Origin: an uncultured Acidobacteriota bacterium
Lineage (GTDB): Bacteria > Actinomycetota > Acidimicrobiia > Spongiisociales > ZC4RG35
DNA: 64,000 bases
Assembly: GCA_963780755.1 (NCBI GenBank)
Contig: CAWACX010000002.1
Span: forward strand, 273,426 to 337,425
Direction of reading: 5' to 3'
Shown: positions 57,259-64,000 of the stretch, one piece after another
Position numbering within the stretch: position 1 is the first letter of the stretch
Layout: each line of letters begins with the position of its first letter
Notes under the pieces: generated by a model
What the model saw: only the letters and a program-made list of their open reading frames with translations
Told to the model about the DNA's origin: nothing
Database searches by the model: none
Position numbers and translations under genes: made by a program

Positions 57259-58025
57259 CCGCTCCAACGAATCAGGCACCCGTTGCGGTGAGGGCAGAGG
57301 AGATCGCCAAGCAGTACGGGCCGGTGGTCGCTCTCAACGGAGTGAGCATCGAGCTCAAACGGGGTGAGGTGCTGGGGCTTATCGGGGACAACGGGGCCGG
57401 CAAGTCGACCTTGATCAAAATCCTCACCGGATACGAGCAGCCGGACAGCGGGACCATCTACATCGACGGCGAGGAGGTCAAGCTCCGTTCGGTGTCGCAT
57501 GCCCGCGAGATGGGGATCGAGACCGTTTATCAGGACCTGGCCCTGGTCGACCAACTCCCGGTGTACCTCAACATGAACCTGAACAAGGAGTTGGTGCACA
57601 AGCCATTCCCATTCCTGGACAAGGACGCAATGAGGGAGAACTCCACGGCACGACTCAAGGACATGGGGGTTCGCATCCCCTCGGTCGACACCGAGATGGG
57701 TTTTCTTTCGGGCGGCCAACGGCAGGCGGTGGCCATCGCCCGTGCGGTGTACTCCGACGCCAAGGTGATCCTCCTCGACGAGCCACTGGCGGCGATGGGG
57801 GCCAAGGAGAGCGCGATCATCATCGACCTCATCCTCGAGCTCCGCCAGAAACGGGACGTGTCGATGATCCTGATCGCCCACAACTTCGCCCAGGTGGTCG
57901 ACGTTTGCGACCGGGTCAACCTGCTGCAACACGGACGGATCACCTTCGACTCTCCGGTGGGCGAGACATCGGTGCAGGAGCTCACCGATCTGGTGTCGGC
58001 GGACTATCGGGGCCGCGGAATCTGA
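57255..58025 (+). CDS. sugar ABC transporter ATP-binding protein (single NBD)
   Basis: GDNGAGKST Walker A, LSGGQRQ signature, ILLDEP Walker B. ATGA overlap with the permease. Confidence 0.85.
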   Translation: MTAPTNQAPVAVRAEEIAKQYGPVVALNGVSIELKRGEVLGLIGDNGAGKSTLIKILTGYEQPDSGTIYIDGEEVKLRSVSHAREMGIETVYQDLALVDQLPVYLNMNLNKELVHKPFPFLDKDAMRENSTARLKDMGVRIPSVDTEMGFLSGGQRQAVAIARAVYSDAKVILLDEPLAAMGAKESAIIIDLILELRQKRDVSMILIAHNFAQVVDVCDRVNLLQHGRITFDSPVGETSVQELTDLVSADYRGRGI

Positions 58026-58071
58026 CCGATCGAATCTGATCGGCGACCGGCGATATCCTTTCGAGGTTCCA

Positions 58072-58144
58072 GGGTCTCTAGCTCAATTGGTAGAGCAGCG
58101 GGCTTTTAACCCGTTGGTTGTGGGTTCGAGTCCCACGGGACCCA
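58072..58144 (+). tRNA. tRNA-Lys (anticodon UUU); CCA not encoded
   Basis: Folded by hand: acceptor GGGTCTC/GGGACCC (one G-U pair), D-arm GCTC/GAGC, anticodon loop CTTTTAA, T-arm GTGGG-TTCGAGT-CCCAC. Confidence 0.9.
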
Positions 58145-58341
58145 CTGTGAGCCACCGATGCGTTGACTTCGTCCTCTGAGTAGCCAGGCGATTCCCGGGT
58201 CGGCCACACCCGGGTTCGCCCTTCGCAACCCCCGTTGCTCGGTGTAGTTATGTCTGCACAGTGATGTTGGTGACAACCGTGCTCTGGTGTCACCAGACAT
58301 CGTTGCCGGACATGTAACGCACTGATGAGGAGACAAGCACG

Positions 58342-58905
58342 GTGGTGATCACCTCGAAGGACAAGGCCTTCGCTGATCTGTATGACCGGCACCGGTCGTC
58401 CGTGTGGCGCTATTCCCGTCGCCGGGTCGGGGCGGACCGGGCCGATGACGTGATGGGAGAGGTGTTCCTCACTGTATGGCGTCGCATCGATCAGGCCCCA
58501 CCGGCGCCCGAGGCGCTTCCCTGGCTGTACCGCATCTGTCACCTAACGATCTCCAACCAGTGGCGAGGAGCCGCCAGGAGGTGGCGTCTGGAGTCGAAGC
58601 TGAGCATGATTCGAGTCTCACCGCCCAACTCGATCGCAGACCAGGTGGTGGTCCGGGACGAAGTCAGAGAGGTGGTCCGCCTGCTCGATGAGATGAGGTC
58701 GCCAGACGCCGAAGTCCTCAGGCTCGCAGCATGGGAAGGCCTCGACATCACCGAGATGGCAGTCGTGCTGGACATCACCCCCGATGCAGCCAAGCAGCGG
58801 CTAAGCCGCGCTCGGAGGCGACTGGCCACCTTGTACGAGGACACCTGCGCCAAGAGGCATCACATGATCGGTACCCCCGATGCTCAGGAAGGAGGTATTT
58901 GGTGA
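58342..58905 (+). CDS. ECF-type sigma-70 family RNA polymerase sigma factor
   Basis: Region 2 FADLYDRHRSSVWRY..DDVMGEVFLTVWRR. Region 4 EVLRLAAWEGLDITEMAVVLDITPDAAKQRLSRARRRL. Confidence 0.8.
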   Translation: MVITSKDKAFADLYDRHRSSVWRYSRRRVGADRADDVMGEVFLTVWRRIDQAPPAPEALPWLYRICHLTISNQWRGAARRWRLESKLSMIRVSPPNSIADQVVVRDEVREVVRLLDEMRSPDAEVLRLAAWEGLDITEMAVVLDITPDAAKQRLSRARRRLATLYEDTCAKRHHMIGTPDAQEGGIW

Positions 58906-59807
58906 GCAACGAACGTCATTTGATGGCCCTGCTCGAAGAGGGCAACCCAGCTCCCGGGTTGGATGAGGAAGCCTGGGCCAGTCTGGACGCTGCCACCTAC
59001 CTCGCCACCCTCGAGCAAAGGAGCCGAGAGATGACGCAATTGGAAACCCAGGAGAGGCAGGACGCTCCACGGCGTTCGAATACGCGATGGATGGTGGCAG
59101 CAATTGTGGTACTCGTGATCGGTGTGGCGGTCGTCTTGTTCAATCAGATCAACACGCCGACGGTCGTTGATTCGCCGAACAGCATCCCTCTGGAGGGATC
59201 GGAGGACCACCCTGGTGCCGCCGAGGCATTCACGGCGGTGGAGGATGCCTACGCGATGTTCAACCGAGGCGATCCGGCGTGGATCGAGATCAGGATGAGG
59301 GGCTCGGACTTCGGGGGGACAGCCGAGGAAGAAGGAGCGAACAGGGAGGTGGAGAGAGCGTTCTGGAGGGCCGTTCTGGCCGCCGACACACATGACAAGG
59401 TGTCTGGCTGCATCGCGCACGGCTCGGGCGATTGGCAGACCGTCGTCGACGCTGGGGTTCCGACTCCCATCGGCTTCTACTTCACCTGCGAGACGACACA
59501 AACCAATTCGCTGCTCGGCGTGGCCGGTGTCGCGTCCACCTTCACGTATCACTTTGTCGTGGACGATTCAGGCATCGTGGCCGTGAACACGAGCGGGGAA
59601 TCCGAGCGAGACGTCAATGCCTTCATCGACGCCTTCGGGGAATGGCTGACTGCGACCTATCCGGACGCCGAGCCCCGGTTGGTCGCTGCAGTCGATCAGA
59701 TCGGCTACGGGTTTGCTCACCCTGAAACCAAGTCCCTCACGATCGAGTACGCAGAGGAGTTCGTGGCCCAGTCGGACGACTATCCGCTGGACAGCCCCGG
59801 CTCGTAG
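58902..59807 (+). CDS. putative anti-sigma factor: single-pass membrane protein coupled (GTGA) to the ECF sigma gene
   Basis: GTG at 58902. TM helix WMVAAIVVLVIGVAVVLF. The extracytoplasmic domain is unrecognised. Confidence 0.5.
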   Translation: MSNERHLMALLEEGNPAPGLDEEAWASLDAATYLATLEQRSREMTQLETQERQDAPRRSNTRWMVAAIVVLVIGVAVVLFNQINTPTVVDSPNSIPLEGSEDHPGAAEAFTAVEDAYAMFNRGDPAWIEIRMRGSDFGGTAEEEGANREVERAFWRAVLAADTHDKVSGCIAHGSGDWQTVVDAGVPTPIGFYFTCETTQTNSLLGVAGVASTFTYHFVVDDSGIVAVNTSGESERDVNAFIDAFGEWLTATYPDAEPRLVAAVDQIGYGFAHPETKSLTIEYAEEFVAQSDDYPLDSPGS

Positions 59808-59820
59808 GCCGGTGTAGATC

Positions 59821-59844
59821 GGGGGAGGGCACTCGCCCTCCCCC
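59821..59844. terminator. perfect 10-bp GC hairpin GGGGGAGGGC-ACTC-GCCCTCCCCC between convergent genes
   Basis: Seen directly, 14 nt after the anti-sigma stop. Confidence 0.6.
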
Positions 59845-59916
59845 ATCGTCGCTTACGGCCTTCGTGAACGCCATCAACGTACGGCCGGCTCGCTGGCAAG
59901 GCTTCGAGACGCCCTC

Positions 59917-60144
59917 TCAAACTGGATCGGGAAGTGCGCCGGAACCAGGATCGTCGGCGGCATCGTCACCGTCCCATTCCATGGATTCCGACTTCGGGAT
60001 CTCTGTCGTCACCTCAGGCGACAGGCCCCGCCGCCGCATCTCCGCAGTAATCCCGGCAAGCCCTTCCTTTTCGGCGCCGTCAGGAAGATCGCCGGTCAAA
60101 TAGCCGTACGCCTTCAACACCTGTTCGTCAGACCAAGTCTCCAT
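59917..60144 (-). CDS. small acidic hypothetical protein
   Basis: METWSDEQVLKAYGYLTGDLPDG.. within ORF 59917..60216. No family recognised. Confidence 0.35.
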   Translation of the reverse strand: METWSDEQVLKAYGYLTGDLPDGAEKEGLAGITAEMRRRGLSPEVTTEIPKSESMEWDGDDAADDPGSGALPDPV

Positions 60145-60269
60145 GGGGCCCTCGAAGTTCTGTTCCACGCATCCTCCAGCGTTGCGGTTGGGGCCTAGGT
60201 ACCCGCCAGGCGACACGCGAACCCCGAGATGTTGCGATCAGGCGGCGACGAGCTGTGCGATGTGGGGCA

Positions 60270-60701
60270 TCAGCTTCCGCCTGACTCGGTAGCACGCACC
60301 GCGTGGAGATAGACCTGGTCCGCCGCCGCGGCACGAATCTCTTGGGGGTTGCCTTCGAAGCGAAGCGTCAGCGCATACTCGGACGGCCCATTGGCGATCC
60401 CCACGATCACTGTCCCCACCGGCACTCCCTCTTCAGTGTCGGGCCCGGCGACTCCGGTTGTGGCAATCCCAATGTCTGCTGAGAAGAGTCGACGGACGCC
60501 ACTTGCCATCGCCCGGGCAGCGATCTCGGTGATCACCGGCCCTTCCGGCACCTCCAAGAGGTCGAACTTGATGTCCGATTGATAGGCGACCAACCCGCCG
60601 CGGAACCAATCGCCATTTCCATCGGTGTCGACGATCTTGCTCATGACAAGTCCCCCGGTGCATGACTCGGCGACGGCGATGGTGGGAACAGATGCAGCCA
60701 T
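60270..60701 (-). CDS. CinA C-terminal-domain / PncC-like nicotinamide-nucleotide amidohydrolase
   Basis: IAVAESCTGGLV..GGLVAYQSDIKFDLL..GIATTGVAGP. Confidence 0.8.
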   Translation of the reverse strand: MAASVPTIAVAESCTGGLVMSKIVDTDGNGDWFRGGLVAYQSDIKFDLLEVPEGPVITEIAARAMASGVRRLFSADIGIATTGVAGPDTEEGVPVGTVIVGIANGPSEYALTLRFEGNPQEIRAAAADQVYLHAVRATESGGS

Positions 60702-60775
60702 GTGCCGTGAGTTACCCATGCTCCGAACCCCCGAAACTGGCCACACCTGACCGCCGTTCGGGCCAGGATGGACAG

Positions 60776-61345
60776 GTGCTCGACCAGCCAGCCCCAGGAG
60801 TCCAGCCCTCCCCCTATGGGTTCGTCGCTCGGCTCCTCCACTGGACGATGTTCTTCGCAATAACGATCCAATTCATGATCGGGTATGCGATGGACCGGTT
60901 CGACGACCTGCTCGAGGGCCCGGTGGACCGTTGGCTGGGCGGGGACGAGGACAATCTCCTCCTCGTCCATGCCTTCTTGGGCACCTGCATCCTGCTCCTG
61001 GCGCTGATCAGGCTCCTGAATAGGCAGACGGCAGGGCTTCCGCCGTGGGCGGCGACGCTGTCACACTTCGAGCGGCAACTCGCACATCGGACCGAGATGG
61101 TCCTCTATGCGTTGATGTTCTTGATCCCGCTCAGCGGGCTCGCCTTGGTCCTGTTCTCGGGCGAGGACTGGGAGTTGTGGGGTCGGGAGTGGGAAGCACC
61201 GTTCGAGGTGATGGACGACGACATCCTCCTGGCCGGCCACATCTCAACCCATCTCCTGTTTGTCGCCGCGTTTGCCGCTCATCTCGGACTGGTCCTGAAA
61301 CATCAGTTCGTGAACCGGGACCGGCTGTTGCGGCGGATGCTCTAG
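60776..61345 (+). CDS. cytochrome b561-family membrane protein
   Basis: ARLLHWTMFFAITIQFMIGY..HAFLGTCILLLALIRL..HISTHLLFVAAFAAHLGLVLKHQF. GTG start at 60776 is assumed. Confidence 0.65.
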   Translation: MLDQPAPGVQPSPYGFVARLLHWTMFFAITIQFMIGYAMDRFDDLLEGPVDRWLGGDEDNLLLVHAFLGTCILLLALIRLLNRQTAGLPPWAATLSHFERQLAHRTEMVLYALMFLIPLSGLALVLFSGEDWELWGREWEAPFEVMDDDILLAGHISTHLLFVAAFAAHLGLVLKHQFVNRDRLLRRML

Positions 61346-61365
61346 ACCCGATAGATCACCGGCCG

Positions 61366-62679
61366 TCACTCCCGTGACCTCGCCCAGCGGCGGGCGCCCC
61401 CGATCCCCCCAACTGCGGCCGCCGCAAATGGCAAGGCCATGGCCAGTCCGTTGAGCCCCTCCTCATCGGCAACGCCGGATGCGGCGAGCAAGCCCAAGCC
61501 GAGGCAACTGGCGATCACCGCCGTCACCGGCCTCCATGCCGGCGGAGCGGGGCGGCTATCGGGAAGTGGACGCTCGAATCGCCCGAAGACCAACAGGAAC
61601 GGAAGGGTCACCGCTGCCAAGGACACCAGCCACACCGGTCGGGTCAGCCACCACAAGGGAGTAGCGGTGGCAAACCCCAGGCCGAAGCCGTCGAGCAGGA
61701 GCAGGGCGCCGATCAGGAGGACCATGGCAGTCATGTGCCAGAGGTAGAGGGTCATGATTCGGCCATTGACCAGCACTACCCGGGTCCAGACCCGCTCCCG
61801 CTCCAGCCAGCGTCGGGCGGGGCCTTCGAGGGCGAGGATGAGGCCAGCTTGAAAGATCGCGAGCGTGAGCAATGTGACCTTGGGCGGCTGGCTGTTGTTG
61901 ACCCCTTCGGTGACCAGTCCCACCATGGCCACCGGGTACGGGCCCCAATAGACCAGGGCCGCGGTGGCGGCAAGGCCTCCCGCCGACGCCAACGACCTCC
62001 TACCCACCCCTCCGATCTGAGCGTCGGCCCAGGCGTAGCCCAGGCTGTGGACCGTTCCCCACATGAACACATAGTTGAGGTATCCAACGGCGGTATGGCC
62101 GAGGGAGCCCAGCGAGATCAGGTCCACCAGCGCCGCCAGCCCCGCCGTGAGCGCGATCGCCTTCCAACCGTGCCGGTCCCAAGCGCGCAGGGTGATCGGG
62201 GTCAGGGCCACCACCAGCACATAGGTGGCGAGGAACCAGACCGGGACCATCGCCGCCTGGGAACCGATCCGGATCAGTCGGGAGTCCACGCCGGCCTGGA
62301 TCAAGACGGTGGCCCCGACGGCCCATACCGCCAGCAGAGGCAGGACCGGAAGCAAGAGCCGGCGCAGCCGGGCCCGCAACCAACTCCCGTAGCTCTCGGC
62401 CTTTCGTTGCGCCGATCGCCAGCTGGCGGCGTTGGCGAAACCGCCGACCAGGAAGAAGATCGGCATCACCTGGAGTATCCAGGTCAGGAAGTTGGTCCAG
62501 CCCGCCTCAGAGAGCAGGAAGTCGACCACCAAGCGATCGGGGAGCATCTGGGGTGCGGCCATCAGCCAGTGCCCGAGCACCACGACGACGATCGACGCCG
62601 CGCGGAGGGCATCGACGTAGCGGTTGCGGCTGGCCGGCGCCTGACGCGCCAGATCGAGTGCTTGTTGGTAGGTGCTCAT
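61366..62679 (-). CDS. acyltransferase family 3 integral membrane protein
   Basis: NRYVDALRAASIVVVVLGHW..MPIFFLVGGF. About 10 TM helices. Confidence 0.75.
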   Translation of the reverse strand: MSTYQQALDLARQAPASRNRYVDALRAASIVVVVLGHWLMAAPQMLPDRLVVDFLLSEAGWTNFLTWILQVMPIFFLVGGFANAASWRSAQRKAESYGSWLRARLRRLLLPVLPLLAVWAVGATVLIQAGVDSRLIRIGSQAAMVPVWFLATYVLVVALTPITLRAWDRHGWKAIALTAGLAALVDLISLGSLGHTAVGYLNYVFMWGTVHSLGYAWADAQIGGVGRRSLASAGGLAATAALVYWGPYPVAMVGLVTEGVNNSQPPKVTLLTLAIFQAGLILALEGPARRWLERERVWTRVVLVNGRIMTLYLWHMTAMVLLIGALLLLDGFGLGFATATPLWWLTRPVWLVSLAAVTLPFLLVFGRFERPLPDSRPAPPAWRPVTAVIASCLGLGLLAASGVADEEGLNGLAMALPFAAAAVGGIGGARRWARSRE

Positions 62680-62739
62680 GCCCGAAATACTCAGGCAGAA
62701 CAAGTCGGCCCACCATCGGGGAACCCCCTGATCGAAGTC

Positions 62740-62997
62740 TCAGGGTGGCGAGCCGTCGCATCCCGGGTGGGGCTTGAGGACCCGCTGCGTGGAGGCAGGA
62801 AACTTCGCCAGCTCGCCCTCGGGGCGCACCGGCCGGTTCACGAACTCACCGCCACAGTTGGGGCACAACCCCCCGGGCAGACGGTTTGCAACGCAATCGG
62901 CACAGAACGTGCACTCGAAGCTGCAAATCATTGCCTCCGGTGATTCGGGAGGGAGATCGCGGTCACAACACTCGCAGTTCGGTCTCAGCGCCAGCAT
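62740..62997 (-). CDS. DUF1272-like zinc-ribbon protein
   Basis: MLALRPNCECCDRDLPPESPEAMICSFECTFCADCV..CPNCGGE. Confidence 0.65.
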   Translation of the reverse strand: MLALRPNCECCDRDLPPESPEAMICSFECTFCADCVANRLPGGLCPNCGGEFVNRPVRPEGELAKFPASTQRVLKPHPGCDGSPP

Positions 62998-63280
62998 GGC
63001 CGGGCACACTACGAGTCGTCGGACCTCGAGGATCGGCCATACGATCTCGGCGCAGGGTCGCACCACCAGGCACTCGCGAATGCCTGAAACCGCCGCTCCC
63101 AGTTATCATCAGGGTCACAGTGCACGCCTGAATGCGTGCTGCGCATTGCTTCGCTTCCTTCGTTCCGTCGGGTGGAGTCTTCGTAAGGCCGATACCTGGG
63201 TGGTCGTTTCAATCGGCGCCAGGTCTGGTTGCCTTCACCTGCGCAACAGTTTCGACGGTCGATGCTCGAAAGGAGCAGCA

Positions 63281-63535
63281 ATGTCCACCAACATCTATGT
63301 CGGGAACCTCACGTTCGACACCGATTCCACCCAGCTCGAGAACCTCTTCGCCCCCCATGGCTCGGTGACCAGGGCCCAGGTAGTCACCGATCGTGACACC
63401 GGCCGTTCCCGCGGTTTCGGCTTCGTCGAGATGGCCGATGCCGCCGAGGCTGCCGCAGCGATCGAAGCCCTCAACGGCCAGCAGGTCAACGGCCGCCAGC
63501 TCACGGTGAATCAGGCCAAAGAGCGCTCCCGCTAA
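63281..63535 (+). CDS. RRM-type (RNP-1/RNP-2) RNA-binding protein
   Basis: AAGGAG-N6-ATG. RNP-2 IYVGNL and RNP-1 RGFGFVEM. Confidence 0.9.
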   Translation: MSTNIYVGNLTFDTDSTQLENLFAPHGSVTRAQVVTDRDTGRSRGFGFVEMADAAEAAAAIEALNGQQVNGRQLTVNQAKERSR

Positions 63536-63795
63536 TGGCGAGGTCGGGAGGCGACGCCGCGGCGAAGCGCGCCCGAGAGCTGCGCAAAGAGCAGCAGAAG
63601 GCAGACAAGCGCGAACGACGCGAGGCCGCCACCAGTAGTAACGAGACGATCCCGGCAGAGACCGAGGCCGCGCTGATGGAGGAGTTCGCCGCCCTCAGCG
63701 CGAAGTTCGAGAGCGAACAGATCAACGCCGCCATGTACGCCGAAGAGCGACACCGGATCTTCGTGGCGCTCGGGATCGAGACCGACGACGACTGA
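63535..63795 (+). CDS. small charged hypothetical protein overlapping the RRM gene stop by 1 nt (TAATG)
   Basis: ORF 63535..63795: KRARELRKEQQKADKRERRE.. then an acidic tail. Confidence 0.4.
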   Translation: MARSGGDAAAKRARELRKEQQKADKRERREAATSSNETIPAETEAALMEEFAALSAKFESEQINAAMYAEERHRIFVALGIETDDD

Positions 63796-63806
63796 CTGCC
63801 CGCGTC

Positions 63807-64000
63807 TCAGACGCGGGCGAGGACGGCATCGAGCGGGCGGGGTACCCGTTCCAGGTCGAGGGCATCGACCATGAGCCGGCCGTAGAGGATCTTCCGCCCC
63901 GACTTGGTCCCGATGAACCGCCTGAGTTGATCCTCGATCGACCGGGCCCTCTGGGCAGGTTGGCGTTGCATGATCCGGAACGATCCCAACTCGCCCTGAG
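63807..64000 (-). CDS. C-terminal end of an unidentified protein (gene continues past the right edge)
   Basis: The frame is open to the window end: ..QGELGSFRIMQRQPAQRARSIEDQLRRFIGTKSGRKILYGRLMVDALDLERV. No family recognised. Confidence 0.4.
   Translation of the reverse strand, partial: QGELGSFRIMQRQPAQRARSIEDQLRRFIGTKSGRKILYGRLMVDALDLERVPRPLDAVLARV

Noticed and set aside
58145-60269. Integrated mobile element or prophage remnant at tRNA-Lys
   Set aside because: There is no integrase, recombinase or phage-like gene, and I could not find a direct repeat of the tRNA 3' end. It is kept only as a low-interest compositional observation.

Overview
High-GC (about two-thirds G+C by eye), densely coding chromosomal window. 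The gene content looks like core Actinomycetota. The caa3-type CtaC-cytochrome c fusion and the many Thr-rich lipoprotein linkers suggest an Acidimicrobiia-like lineage (inference only).

I recognise about 70 protein genes and one tRNA-Lys(UUU). No rRNA, CRISPR array, transposase or integrase is present.

Gene content, left to right:
- ctaD/ctaC, followed by an oxidase-biogenesis operon: thioredoxin-fold lipoprotein, ctaB, a polytopic membrane protein and a cupredoxin-like lipoprotein.
- A molybdopterin oxidoreductase, then greA, mgtE, an M23 peptidase, nadE, glnE and a VIT1 transporter.
- An XRE regulator with an HbhA-like protein, then MocA/XdhC maturation genes.
- An eRF1-like protein next to DUF2017-clpS.
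- A membrane Fe-S reductase divergent from a long ArsR-type regulator, then proC and udk.
- An acyl-CoA cluster: thiolase, CoA-transferase, SDR pair, MaoC, ferredoxin, and carboxyltransferase plus biotin carboxylase.
- plsY, a P5C-dehydrogenase-like ALDH, a HisA-like/VOC fusion and an Endo IV-like/LigD-polymerase fusion.
- A sugar ABC transporter, tRNA-Lys, an ECF sigma/anti-sigma pair and an RRM RNA-binding protein.

Observations most worth a second look:
1. An Endo IV-type TIM-barrel nuclease fused to a LigD primase-polymerase domain.
2. A roughly 55-65 nt palindromic element found four times, each placed directly after a stop codon.
3. At least six frame disruptions packed into five consecutive respiratory or copper-related genes at 2.6-7.3 kb, next to an HNH-endonuclease relic. 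Only two more turn up in the other 56 kb.
4. An eRF1-like protein with a zinc ribbon.
5. A degenerate HisA paralogue fused to a glyoxalase (VOC) domain.

All family assignments come from reading the translations and from motifs recalled from memory. No searches were run. I found no obvious multi-gene novel system such as a defence island. The window looks mostly like housekeeping DNA.
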